A stretch of 59,021 nt of DNA, counting the filler, from Platydemus manokwari (Eukaryota), in assembly GCA_037951405.1 (NCBI GenBank). It is 5 parts of 5 records of this genome, joined end to end, with 100 filler letters (N's around TTAATTAATTAA, not from the genome) between each part and the next. Parts side by side here need not be neighbours in the genome. Positions count along the whole stretch, not along the records: positions 11,772 to 27,652 come from JBBMOY011231431.1; 4 more parts are not named here. One strand, written 5' to 3'. This document shows, in pieces, positions 11,772-26,900 of this stretch. The translations under genes were made by a program, and so were the position numbers. Numbering within the stretch: the stretch's first letter is position 1; each line of letters opens with the position of its first letter. The notes beneath the pieces are model-generated. The model was given only the letters and a program-made list of their open reading frames with translations. It had not been told where the DNA came from and did not search any database.

Positions 11772-14700
11772 CAATAGTTTTTCTCAATGAATTATCATTT
11801 AATGTCGTAGAATTATTACGATCCAATTTTTACCTAACAATCAAACCGATAATATCTTTGTAGAAACCAGGATCAAACATACTTCAAATATAAATAATAA
11901 TTATAATTAAAAATAATTATATAAATTTAAAATATTTTGATTTACGAAACGCAAAACAATTTTGATCAAGCTTTCTCTACGTGGCAAAGAAAAAAAGCCT
12001 AACACAAATAATCACAAGAATAATAATATTTATTACCCAATATAAACTTAAAGAAGCAAATAATAATAAATATTGCTAAATAAAGCATGAATATAATGAA
12101 GACAACATAGTAGAAAATGATATCAATGACAGAAAAGCACAATAAACTTTGATATAACACGTTTTCTAAATCATAATCTTTATAATCAGAACTGAAGGAT
12201 TATTTGCATAAGATAAAAAGTATAATTTTTCACTAAGTATCTTACAAACACGGGAAATTAATTTTTTACTTAAAAACCTATAGTCATGTGTTCTTTCTAT
12301 ATTGATCTAGAGTAACTCATCTTTATATTCCCAAACTTTATTTGATTAACGAGAGTTTCTTAGCACATAGTAAGGAACTCTTCAACCATTTACTAATTTT
12401 TGTCCATAAGAAGTCTTTGCTGCATTTTATATTTTCATCTATATTTTATTATTATTTATCCACAAGCTTTGTAAGTTTTGTAAAGTTGAACACATCATCA
12501 TAAAATTATCTACACCTATTGAAATCCATAGAATTTTAGTCTCTTTAATAAATAATTTTCAAAACAAGTAATTTTGAATCGAAATGATCGATATTTTTTG
12601 TTAAGTAATTTTAAATTGAAGTCTTCAATGAATAATTTTCAGACCATAATTTCGAAGATTTAGTAAATTTAATACTTTCCCATTTTGAATCGACTCTCAT
12701 TTATATAAATGAGCTCTTAAATGATATTCAATATTTTAGAAACATCCATTTCAGATCATTGGTTCAACAACAGAAAATAAGCATGGTTTGGTTAGAGTAT
12801 GTGAAAATTTTATTTTTATTTTATTTTATTACTTAACAAAATGATCTCATAATTCTAGACAGAGACACCGTTCAATTTTGAAAACTCCAAACCGGATGTT
12901 GAAAGTAGCAAAAAAAAATAAATAAGATAATAACATATATATTGTTATGATAAAAATGATTTACTTATTTTATTATATTTGCATTATAGTCGTTATTATA
13001 TAATGAGCCATAAATTGAGAAATAGATATTTGATATTTATTTTTTTGGTCAATTTCATTTACAATTTGTCATTGAAATAATCATTATTAGAACTTGATAA
13101 TAGCAAAACCCAACAAATTTTCATAGGCACTTAAACGTATTCACAGCAATTGACAATGTATAGTATGTTGAGAACTCGAAATTAGAGAACCTAAACCACG
13201 AATTCATTAAAAGATAAGTGAACACGGTAAATTTTATAGAATTTGTACTTCACTAAGCCATTGAACTCGGCGATGATTTTCTTTCTTGAAATCATTTCAA
13301 TTTTGAATGAAGTTTTATGTAAGTATGCTGTGTGTTTCAACTTCAAATTTATCCTCTATTTGATTGGTTTGCAAGAAAGTGTTGATTTTAGATAGTCGAT
13401 TTAATAATAAAATAAAAATCAAAAAAACTATTGATTAAATTGAAGAGTTCCCATTAATTATATAATGAAATGAGACAACGGATGCAAATATTTAATATAA
13501 ATAAAAGCACATGAATTAGAAATCAACATAGTAAATTAGAATAGAAAATTATTAGAAAAATAAATTAAATTATGATTACAGAAACAAGAATACAAATTTA
13601 TTAAAAAATAGTAAAGGTTATTTTCAATAATATTTTTAGAGTTAAAATAAATATAACAGCACATTGATTTTAATCAAATATTATAAATTCCGTGATAATC
13701 CGATAATTATTCCCAGTTATAACTCTACAAGTTAAGAAGAAAATTCAAAACTATACGAAGAAAAGAATTTAGTAGTCAGAAGATAAGAACTATAGCAACT
13801 TTACTCATCTTCCTTCAACACATTGGTTTTGTAACAAATAATTTGTCTTGCAGATTAAAACAGTTATTGAACTAACTAATGGACTCCAAAGCATTGGTAA
13901 GCCCTAGGAAGGCATTTGTATAACAATTAATGAATTTGAATGTATGTTTATATCAGGATTATTATGTGAGATTGAACAATGATGTAATCTGAAATATTGT
14001 GAATCGATTATAATTATTATAATCTAATAATTATTAGAAAGTTAAACAAATTTACCAAATTATTTAAGTTCGGAAAGAATTATTAGTTTCAACAATATTC
14101 TGCTTTTCTTTTATATCAATTGCTCCGATTATTATTGTTTTGTTTACCAAGTTATCGATTATGATTTCTATGATAGTGATTTGCGATACAAATTCATCAG
14201 CTTATATACTTTTTGATGTCAGGCTCTTTGTATATAGAATTCTATCACTCACAAAATTTGTAACATTCTTGCTATATTAGATCTTGATTTAAACTTTATT
14301 ATTAAGAGTGCTTTGACATTCCAAAGTACAATGTTACTTCTACTTACGAAAGGCTCTATACACGAAATTTCCAGGTTACGGAATGCTTCCTCTGATAAAT
14401 ATTACCTCTGATTACAAAAGAAATTTCAGGATACAAAAGGTGAAAACTTCATAGTCATTAATCATAACCGGTACTGTAAAGAAAAACTTAAATAATCACC
14501 ATTATTATTGAATGGAAGTCTCTGTAAAATAAAATGAAAATAAAAATGAAGCATATGCAGATTTTTTGAAATTGAATTCAATAACAGAACGACCGTTATC
14601 GATTCTTAACTCAAAAGAAATTTTTCAGGAAGATTGGTGCAAAAGAATACTCAAAAAAATAGAACTAGCGACTACTAATTGAAGATTAGCCAAAACAAAT

Positions 14701-14963
14701 ATCATTTTATTCAAATTCTTGGTCTCATATAATAAGAGAAGATAGAAGAGTACGAAATTCAAAATGCGGAAATCAACGGAAGAGATTTTTAGTTGAAATA
14801 TGTGAAGAATTGTGCCAATAATTTTAGATTACAAACTAGACAGTTACAGAAAGTAATAGCATACAAATCAATGATTACATACTTTAGTGAGCTACGCTAT
14901 GTCATCCGTAAAATATAAAAAAGTAATTTAAAGAAAATATTCAAACAATCGATGAATCAAAAT

Positions 14964-14969
14964 TTTATT
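14964..14969 (-). terminator. Candidate polyadenylation signal of midasin
   Basis: AATAAA on the minus strand about 10 nt after the TAA stop at 14980-14982. Confidence 0.45.
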
Positions 14970-14979
14970 TACAAACAAT

Positions 14980-17900
14980 TTATCGACATGGACCCTTATC
15001 AGCACTAGATGATATCTCAAACCATTGACGGAGTACATCTGTTAATAATGTCGGTAATCTGGCAACATCTTGAAGTACTGTATAATTTTGAAGTGGAAAG
15101 ACATCAAGGAATCTAACAAAGTCACATCCATCACTGTCATTAAGAACACATTTCAATTTTGGAATTGAACCCTATTTTTAAATATAAAAAATTTAGACAA
15201 TTATGAAAACAACAAATCACCTTTGAATCTAACAAAATTACAACAATAAATATGCCTTTGTTGTGAGCTTCTCTAATCAGACTAATAAATTTGGGATCTG
15301 TCACATCTTCGGAAAAGTCACCATCAGACAATAATAGAAGCAATTGTGAAGAATCCTTAGATGATGATGACGAAAAATGTTGACGGTTTTCATCAAACAA
15401 TTTTATAGATTGCTCCAGTATGGGAATATATTTGGAACATTTATCTGAAAAATCAAATGTTTTAACCAACTGTTCTCCGATTTCTGAACTAAATTGTTGA
15501 TAAAGTGGTAATACCACTTCGGTTTTAGATCCAAATTTGCATAATCCAACTTGACCAACTTCTAAAAATGTCAAACCATTAAGTACAATTGCAAGACTCT
15601 CAAAAAACAATTGATGGTTAACATTGAATGCCATGGACTCAGAATTGTCAACTCCTATAATAACTTGATATTCTCGTTGACTTGGTTTATTTCTTCGCAA
15701 CCATATTTTATCTTTCCTAAAACCAGAAGCTATATACGGAATTACTTTTTTCATATTGAGTCTTTTTCCAGTTCTGTAAGCACCACCAAGTTTATTGGCC
15801 TTTGTTGGTTCCAATACAATTCTAAGATTCTCACACAATTGCCTTGCTAAGTATTCAGTTTTCGATTCATATTGAGACCAGGAGAACTTTTCCACAACTC
15901 TTTCCTTTATCAATGGTGCTTCTCTCTTTTTCTCTTTGCTTTCAATCGATTTCGTATCCTTTGACTCATCATTTTTAATATCCAAAGTGTTTTGCAATTC
16001 ATTGTTGGAATCGGATTCCGAATTATTTTCTTGATTGTCCTTTTGTGGTAAAATTTCTTCGTCATTTATTTCAGGGATATGTTGCTGCTGATTAGCAGTT
16101 GCATCATCCATTACTTGATCAACTGATTCTTCATTAGTATCATCTTCAATATGACCAAAAGCATCATTTGTTTTTGATCGCTTTTTCTCAATATCTTCTT
16201 GTATATCAATCACATCAGCTTTTCTTTTAAAATTCTTATTGACATCACCTAATGTTCGATTTTCTGAAGGTTTCGAAAAAGCGTCTTGCGTTTTATCATT
16301 TTCTGGTGATTTATTGTCATTAACTGGCTCATTTTTATCCATTTTCCCTTCCGAATTTTCACTCTCAGTTGAATTACTAACCCCATTACCCTTTCCACTA
16401 CTACCGTTTTCACTAAACTCTTCACCCATTTCTGTGTCAAAAGTCATTTCTTTTTCATCATTAGCAGCATTATCACCAGCAATATTAATTTCTTGTTCGG
16501 TAGCATTATTAGAAATTTCTTCAGCAGGTTCATCTTCTGCCGGTTTTATGTCAACAATGTCTTCTTCATTGTTTTCTTGGATAGGCTCGACATCTTCATA
16601 ATTATCTTCATTTTTACCTTCATTATCTTCGTTGATTTCCAAACCTTCTTCTTGATTCCAAAAATCATCAATTGGATTACTTTCCTCGACTTCCGGTTCA
16701 TCTGTTGGCTCCGGTTCAACATTGGAAGGATCCGGTTGATTTTCATTTGCACCATCATTGTCAGGATTAGCATCTTCAGCATCATTAAAATCCTCTTTAT
16801 TTTCAATGTCATCCTCTTGTGATGTCTCTTTATTATTCGGTTTCTGTTCAGGTGAATTTTCTTCTTTCTCATCACCTGCTGTCATTTGTGTGGTATTTTC
16901 TTCCGACACTCCACCCTTTCTATCGTCCTTATTTTTTTCTTCGTTATCTTCATCAGCCTTTTCATTATCCCACGATTCTTTATTGACGTCAGTTTCAGGT
17001 GCATCACCAACATCACCCATTTTATCTTCCAAATCATTCAACTTGTCATCATCGTTATCCTCTTTCTTTTCATCTGACTCATTTACTTCAGGATCGTGTA
17101 ACTTGCCGTCAAAATCTTCAGACATCTCAATACCATTTTCTTCATCCGGAATATCATCCAAATTTTCCGGTTTGGTTTCATCTTTTCCTTTATCATTACC
17201 CTCAATTTGATTCTCGGATTCAATTTGATCACTCACATCATTTGCACCAATACCATCATCCATACCAGCCATATCAAAATCATTCATCTTTTCGTTTGGA
17301 GTGGAATTTTCTTGATCACTATTCCAAGCTGAATCATTTGGTGTACACAAACCATCAGTCATTAATTTTGAAGTAACTGTAAGAAGAGCATCAGTTGCAG
17401 CAACAATAATCTTATGATAATTCAACAAATTGACGACATAATCATTTTCACTGATAATATATTGTTCTAATAATGGAAGAACTTGCATATTGATGTCGTT
17501 TTTCTTTTCACTGATTTCCTCTTTTGTCATCATATAGAAACAATGTTTCATTTCATTGATAATTTCACAAATTTGTCCATTATCCAAATGCATTTCTAAT
17601 GAATCTAAATGACTGATCATATTGGTGAATGAAAAATCAAATTTTGTGGATAAAATATTTTTAAACTTCATCATTCTATCATTTATGTCAATTCGTAATT
17701 TCTCAATTAGATCTGATATGTTGTGACAGCTATCTGACTGACTATTGAATTCTATTATGTTCGATTCTAAACCATCAATTTTGTATTGATTTGATTGGTT
17801 GAATTCTATCAACTGATTAGTAATTGATAATTTCAGAGGAATATTATCCGGTGAGAATTTCTTATTTATGCAATCAATAAGATTATCGATTGATTTTGTT

Positions 17901-20900
17901 ATTAATTTCTGGTTAGTAATGCACTTGAGATGCTTATCAGTAACTAAATAACATTCAGGTACACTATTTTCATTGATCTGTTTCGTGATATCAATCATCA
18001 TATCTTCATTTGTTGAACTCGTCAAAAAAGCAGGTTTCCAGCAGTCAACCATAATACTTGGAAATGATTTGATTTCGGTAGGCGTTTTTAAGGTATCTAA
18101 AAATAGAGACCACTGGTGAAGTTTTTCTTTGTTATCTGCATTCATTTTTCTGAGCTTCTCTTCGATAAATGTTGGGCTAATATTACCAAGTATTTCTGAT
18201 TGAAAAGTATTTTTCAATATCATCATTGATTTTGTCACCATATCTAAACTATTACGAATGTTATTTATTCTAACAGAATTATTGCATCCGATAACCAGCA
18301 AATGATCACAAATACTGACTATGCGATCTTTAAATTCATTAAATTTTGCGAATTCTTCCGATTTGTTTGAATCATCTAATTGTAAACGAAGGCCCAGACA
18401 ACGAACAATACTTGATTTACTGGTTTCAACACTGTTTTCCTTTACATCTCCCAAAGGCAAATGTGTCATCAAAGCAGTATCTCTTGGAAATTTGGAACCA
18501 TAAGCATTCAAACCCATTTCTTTAAGATCTTTTACAAATTGTGCAATACAATTTCGCTTTCTTTGCTGTAAATTTTTGACATCACTTCTCCATTTCTTTT
18601 CCAAATTGGTAACATCATCAGCACTTTTTGAAGCGACAGATGCAGCTACTTCTAATTCTCTGGTCTCCTTTTGGAAACTCTCCATCGTTTCCCACATATC
18701 ATTACAATATTCCATCATCTCATTACACCATGATTCAATACCAGTACCATTGGTGACATTCATCAAACTTAGATCCTTCAATGCATTGATGGGATGTAGA
18801 ACCAAATATGTCGAACAAGATTGATTGATAACTGCAGTCCATTGTCGGTTATATTTGAAAACCACTTTATGGCATTTGGCTACATCATTCACTTTCGGTG
18901 GAGCACTGCCCCATTTTTTCGTTTTAATAAAACCATTCAATTCGTTACTAATGCGTTTGTATTCACTGTTTAAATGATCTTCAAAATTAGCCAGATACAA
19001 ATGATAATAATCATAATGATTCGATAAAATGATCTGCAATTTATTTCTAAATTTTTCATCCAAATTTGGCATTGTTTTCACAGAATTAATCAATAATTTC
19101 AAAATGTTCAATTTTGATTTGTAATTTCCAACATTTGAATTGGTTATTGATTTTAAAATCGGTTCCACAATGACATTTATTGATTCGAAATCATTGTCAT
19201 ATTGTGGTTTCAACGATTCTGTAATGATTAAATTGTAATATTGGAAGAATTCTTGCGATACAGAACTGCTCAATTTCCATGAAGCTGTAGCTAGAGTGCT
19301 TTCCCACATTTTCAATTCATTATGTCTCCAATAAGCCAGAATATTATTCAATTCATCCACATGTTTGCTCAACGACACATGACGAGCAGCGACAATTTCC
19401 CACTGTTCGATATCAAGAATCAATCTTTGAATATTATTGATGAAAACAATCAATGGATATTCAAGAGACAAATTCAAGAAATTGTTGACTTTCTTTTGTA
19501 TCACAAGCAATGTCGAATGATCGGGATAAATAGTGAGCAAATGAGATAAACTTGCTTGAATATTTACTAAAGCTTGTTGTGCTTCAATAATATTGGCAAC
19601 ATCAACGGGATCTTGATAAATATCATGAGGTTTGCCACCAGATGATTTATAATTCAATGATGATAATTCCCAACTCAATGCGCTAGCATGTGATGAAAAA
19701 TAACAACCTCTGTTAATGACATTGTCGTGATTCATGCTTATTAATGCAGCAGCAAATCGGTAACAATCTAAGAAAACTGTTGGATCGGAGCTGGTTTCTT
19801 TTTCCGATTGTTGTAGAATAGATGAACTCAAATTGACAATTGAATTCAATGTATCATCTGACACCATCAAACCTTTTTCCATCGACTGTAATCGTTCTCG
19901 AAGCTTTTTCATTTTCGAAACTGCCAAATTCATCGATGTCGATATTTCGAAACCTTGATTTTCAGTATCTTGACAAACGTGCAAATAGATTTCCAGATTT
20001 TCCACTTCTTCCTCTGTTAAATCTTTGGTAATTTCTTGTTTTTCAATGTACATCGATGCTTCAGCTTGTTCTTTTTCTTGTTGTTTTTTCTGTTGCTTCA
20101 CATAGAAACTATTAAATATTGATAATAGTTTATGGTTGAGTGTTATTATGTGATCTTTTTGACCAATGTTTTCATTCTGTGCATAATTTAACAATCTCAC
20201 TGCTAGATGTAACAATTTGATATGGATTTTAGCCACAACATTGGGATTTGATTCACCGATTAATATTCGACATTGTTTCAAAATGTCTTTCTCATCATTT
20301 AATATTTTGTCAACCAATTCCAGAACGTTATTATTTGGAAATCGACAAAATATCTCACAGATTTTCGTAGCACTTTCCGATTTAATATTATTATTGTTAT
20401 TGTTCTTGTTGGATTTATTGATCAAATCGAACCCAGTCAGTATTCTACTAACACCCAATGCCATTGGTTCGATAAGATCTGGGAAAACCAAGCTATCTGA
20501 ATTTTCCAAATAATAATCAAGTAAATCTGTTGTTGCCAAACTCCATTCAACAATGAAATCGTAATCCATATCAACAACATTGGTCAATGATTGATCACAG
20601 AGTATATTCCATCCATATTTGGAAATGTATCTCAATGTTTTGGATCTCAAATGTTTATATTTTTCATCCCCAACTGGTCTTAATCCAACACAGGTCGATA
20701 ATTTGGAAATATTCTTTCTCAATTCATCCAATCTAACAACTGTGGCATTCAATAATGGATGATCTAATCCCTGTTCACTCCAACATCGCTCCGATATTTC
20801 CGGTTGTTTGACCCCTGTTAAAAACGTTCGATAAATGTTTGTCAATTGTTTTTCCCGTGTTAATTGTGACATTTCTTCACCGAGATATTTGTTTTCCCAA

Positions 20901-23900
20901 AATATTTGAGTTTGAGGATCCAAAGATTCCATAATAGCAAACAATTTCATCTGAATGCATCCCCATCTGATCCACAATTTACCAATATTTGTCAAAGTGT
21001 CTTCATTGTCAGTTGTGTCAATATTTTTAATATCATTTTCCAATGATACAAACCATGGGAAATGTTCTGTCAACCAGCAATCAATCGAATCTACACCATT
21101 CCAACATACAACAATACAATCACGTTGTAATTGAATCAGATTCATTAAATGTCCCATTTCTTGATCACTAAAACAATATTAATATTATTATTAATCAATC
21201 AATCAATGCCAATCAATAAAAACTTTACATTCTCAATTGGTTTGATGATAGAATGGCTGAACATTCGATATAAAGCTGTTTACATGTTGCCAATTGATTC
21301 TGTCGGGTTTTAACGGATCTCAAACATCTCTTTGAAGAATTGGACACATGAACATGATCGAAATATGAAAGAATATCATTGGTTGTATGGCCACCATTTA
21401 TTAAAAGCAATATGGCATTGTTGGGATTGTTCCAAATATTACCGATTTGAGGCTGAAATATAAATATTTATATAATTAATTGAAATAATTATATTATCAG
21501 TTGGGGTATAATAGTAAATAATAATTAATATATAATCACATAAATAATTATATTATCCGTATTTTGTATTATGATCAATAAAACAGTTGGAGCGCAAAAA
21601 TAAATAATAATTAATATATAATCACATAAATAATTATATCTACCTGAGTGAATGTTGTGCTGTAATCTAATACAATTGAATATTCATCAGAATCTGTATC
21701 GAAATGATAATTGGAGCTTGCTAGAATCTTATTAAGTGGTCCTTGTCTGATAAGATATGACACCCAATCTGTTAGTGTTACCAATCTCACATATCCATTA
21801 TGACTTTGAACCATTTGTGATATTTTCTTATGTAATTCACATGGTAACGATGGCATAAACACATTGGATGACGACAAGAATTTCTCCAATGATTCCAATG
21901 AATGAATCGGTGTTGTGTTGAGAACTTGTGCCAATATATTGACCATAAATGGCCATATTCGAACCGATTCAATATCGAAATGATCGACAAGAATATTCAC
22001 ACACATATTATCCGATTGTTGTGAATTTGACATTGACACAAATTCATTGAATAATGACTTCTTGAGATCCTCCTCACCATTCACTCTCCATATCGATGTT
22101 TCTAATTTGTCAGATGACAGAATCATCTGTGAATGGGGATAGACAAATCGGAATTCATTTCGATCAATGCCAATTGCTTTCATTTCATCCTTACCAATTA
22201 TATCCACATATTGGTCTAAATCTAAGAATTTATCCAGAATTATTTGGCCTTTATCGAATAAATCTGGATAATCAGATCGATTAATTGCCAACTGATCCAA
22301 TATGGATGTCACATGATAAACATATGTGCTCATCCAATGATTATTGCCTTTCAATTCCGTTTCAATGAATGATTTGAATAATTTTCGGACTTTGGCGAAT
22401 CGATAAAGATTATCAATTGTGCAACAATTACCGAAATCATAAGATTTGAAAATATTAATGAAATCTATAATGGCACCATCGATACCATAGGAACGAGGAA
22501 TACATCCACGAGTAAATCGAACAACATTGGTTGTATTGTCGATATTATATATCGCATGTTGCATTCTAGAATAATAATAATAATGAATTATGAAATAAAT
22601 CTCATCAATAAATATCGAATTATATATTAATAAATATATCAATCAATACTCACTTATTTATATGATGAAAATTAACATTGCTAAATTCAGACCAATTCGG
22701 TAACCATCTCACATCAATCGGTAAATGTTGATTTATTCCTTTATATTGACATAATATATCACCAATTATTTTTGCTGATCGTTGAATGTGTTCATCAAAT
22801 TCAATCATATATTCCATTCGATTTTTCAAGTCATTCACACTGGAATATTGCATAAATAATCTCACAATCATAAATTTATCATCATCGGTTATGATTGGTT
22901 GAGCTTGTAGAGTCTTTTTCAATGCAATCAAATGACGCATAACCAATGATTTGATTGGATTAAATAGAAGCTCATTTAATGTAATCATTGGTAATTGTCC
23001 ACCATTCTCTTCAATGTCCATTGATTCGATATCATCTTGACAACATTGAATGAATTTGTTAACATCGTCACGAACATCAAACAATAATTGAATGTCGCCA
23101 TACACTGATGATAACGATTCCTCAATTGAATAACCTTGGACAACCAATCGACCAGCTTGTAACAATGAACTGATGTTACCAATTTTAATCTGTGGTGATG
23201 ATTCCTGTGCAGTCACCATCAATTTATGAAATCTCACCAACCGTTCAGCATCTTTCATATTGATTTGATAAATTGTAGTCAATATAGCCAATGCATCATC
23301 TTCACACAGAGATATTTCTTTGTTTTCCGTAAAGACTGATATTTCCAGACCTCTGTTTCGCATTGCTTTCGATATTTCTCCACCACAATCTGGATCGAGG
23401 ACTAAAAACAATCGAAAGTTTTTGTGGGGTTTTATTTCTTCGATTTGATCATTTTCAATCAATCCTCTCTCAGTGAGTAACAAGCTACCATTTGGTTCCA
23501 ATAAACCATTCAATCTATCCAATACCGATGCCGAACAGAAATTCACCGTATCCAATATCAACCAATCACCATTGCGTAATGCCTGTACCAATGTACTGTC
23601 CACCCATTTAAATTTGCCACCCTCTTTCTGTTGTTCGAATGATCCCAATAAATCGGTCGTGTCCATTGCAGAATTCATTGATATCGATTTCAAATTATGA
23701 CCCGATATATCAGCTAATAGATTGATCAAGCTTGTTTTACCAGTTCCAGATGGACCAACCAATATTGTCAACCAACCCATTTCCACAGTCAGCATTATTG
23801 ATTCCAAATATCCTAATTGACCACCAAGAATCAGCTTCTTTTCCATCGATTCATTAACCATTGTATTATTTGTCATTGATATTTTAGCTTGACCAATGGT

Positions 23901-26900
23901 TATCATTCCATTACCAATATGAATGTCTAAGCTACTGGTGAATATTTTGCCAAAACCATAACGATCAGCAACAGAATTATAAAGATTTCTGGCACATTCT
24001 TGATCTTGAAATGTTCGAAATCTATTAATGAATAAAAGATTGACATAGATTGATGGATCATAATGAGATTTCTGATGACGAATCATCAAATCACACCAAC
24101 GACACAAGTCTCTTAAATTGAATTCCCATGGAGAACCTTTCGATCCAAATCTCTTCAACACTACTACTTCTTGTTTTAATTTCTCCACGAATTCTACCAT
24201 AAATTCAATGACATGGATTGGTATTGGTGAATATAAGCATGACAATATACTCTCATAATCACTGGCTTGTAAACTACTCATGTAAACCTGAGTAAATCGA
24301 TTGATAAACGATTTCGGTAAACCCTTTCGACCACTGCCTTCACTGAGAGGGTTCTGACAAGCAAACAATCTCGTTTGACCAGGTTTCACAATGAATGTCT
24401 GATTGATTTCCGGAATGAAAATCTCTCCTCGATGATCAAGACAAGCATTGAGACATTCAAGAACCGATTGTGATGCCAAATTCATTTCATCTAATAAAAT
24501 CCAATGACCATTTTTTAATGCTTGTAACAATGGTCCATCTCTCCATGACAACTGACCAGCAGTACCATTCTCGATTGGTAAGAAACAACCAAATAAATCA
24601 TTGGCATCAGTTTGTTCTGATAAATTAATCCTTATGATCTTATATCCAGCCATTTTAGCCAATTGACTAACTAAACTTGTTTTACCAACACCAGGACTGC
24701 CTTCCAATAGCAAAGGTTTTTTACTGATTTGTAGAGCTCTTAACAATCGATATAAATTGTTACTAGTAGTGATGCTATTGAAACTATATTGTAAATGATT
24801 ATGCTTCTCATTAACATTCACCAATAAATCATTATTACAATATGGTCCCAATTCAATATAGAATGGATGAATTCCAATCATATTATTGGCTCTTGTTATT
24901 GATTGATTATTATCATTCATCGACCAATCATTTTGTTGAGTAATAATTTGTGGTAAAAATTGACCAATCAAATCTCTCAATGTTGTTATCAAATCATTTT
25001 CAATGGATTTCTTATCCAATTTATCATTGATGGAATCAATGATTACCATATAAGCACCATGTATTATCGATTGATCAAGTGAGATATTATTCAATAAAGA
25101 TGTATTGATGAACTGTATCCATGCCAACAAATCTCTAATGGTAACAACCGAAAAACTAGAAATATAATTTCCATTAACAATTGATAGATTAAAACAAATA
25201 GTAAATCAAACTTGATTTCGTGAGATATCTGATGAACTCGTCGAAGAAACCGAACGATAATTTTGGCAATGTTCTGACGTATATCGAGCTCATTAACAGA
25301 TCCAAGATTCTTGGCACCAATTCGTATCCAATCATTCATTCCACTGTCAGTGGTATTCCACGAATTGGATGGACACCAGATTTCTGTGAATCGATTTTTC
25401 AATGCTGGTGATAATTCTTTCTTTCCGAAATCACCACCGGGATTCATTGTTGCTACCAATTGAAATTCTTTACTGGCACAAATTTCAACTGATTGTTTCT
25501 CGTTATCAGTTGACAATAAATTGCCACTGCTATTTTCCACTAATGTTAATTTCCGATCTTTTTCCAAAACACTGTTTAATCTCTCCAAAACCGAATCATC
25601 GGCAAGTGAGATTTCATCAATGAGAAACATGTGACCATATTTCATAGCTACCACCAATGGTCCATCAACCCAATTGAATAATTTTGATTGATCCTATTAT
25701 TAAATATCGATATAATGAACCAATGACAATTGAATATAAAAATCAAAACTAAACCTTTTCCTCATTAACCGCTGGTCGTAGTCCACCCAAGAAATCACTG
25801 GCTTCTGTATGCATATGACAATTAATTGTTAACAATTCTTGATTGTTTAATAATGCTGCCAATTGACAAATGGTTGTTTTACCACATCCAGTGTTACCCA
25901 CTAGTAATGCTGGTTCATCACATTGTAATGCACGTATCAACAAAACAGCAATTCGTCGGAAATCAAATGTCCATTCAATATTACATATACCAGTCAGTTG
26001 TGAACATCGTTCAAGAATTGATTTGGCAATATTGGATCCATTTGGAGAGAAGAACCATTCATCATTTAATTGAACATCATTTGATTTGAACACAGATGAC
26101 AATACTTTGGCAACGAGATTCACTTCATCATTGGATCTAGCTTTACCAGTTAATAACAAATAACCCTCTTCAACCATTGTTCGATCCCAATCGAAAAATC
26201 GATCACATTTGTTATGTTCCTGATATACACGTCGAGCCCATCGAAATAAATCTCTCAATGAAATATAGCTTCTTTTACAATGAATGACATCCAATTCTTG
26301 AGATTCTAATTGTAATTGTCTCATTGTTTCAACCATTTTCCGACCTTTGGTTTTGGGAACTTTACAACATTCATCGAGAATTTCCACCAATTCATCATTT
26401 GGTATGGGATTAAAATGTAATTCAATAAAACGATTTTTCAAAGCTCTCGATAAAACTTTACGACCACCATATAAACCAGGTGGATTTTGTGTGGCAAATA
26501 ATCGAAACATTGGATGAGCTTTGATTAATGTTTGAGTTTCAACGATAAATAATTCACGATTATCATCTAAAACTCGGTTGAGTGCTTCAAGAATATCAGT
26601 GGGTGCCAGATTTAATTCATCGAGAATTATCCAATGACCATGTCTCATAGCTTGTGCTAGAACACCTTCTTTGAATACCAATTTACTTTTGGAATCTTCA
26701 TTGTTCTCATGAACATATGATCCTATATATTCTTGAATATCAGTTGCTTCGTGATTGTTTACTCGATGACATACATGTCCAGTCAATTTAGCAAGATATG
26801 TAATGAGACTGGTTTTACCCACTGATGTTTCACCTTGTACTAATACAGGTAATGTTTTCCTATATTATCATAGATTATCATTCATGTTATATATTATTAT

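Noticed and set aside
15140-21157. The 2005-aa ORF as a stand-alone gene
   Set aside because: It is one midasin exon. A donor at 15220 and the exon 15171-14980 supply the conserved C-terminus.
15611-26089. Many short antisense or alternate-frame ORFs over midasin (e.g. 16758-17210, 16239-16601)
   Set aside because: Shadows of the biased codon usage of the real gene, especially its D/E-rich region.
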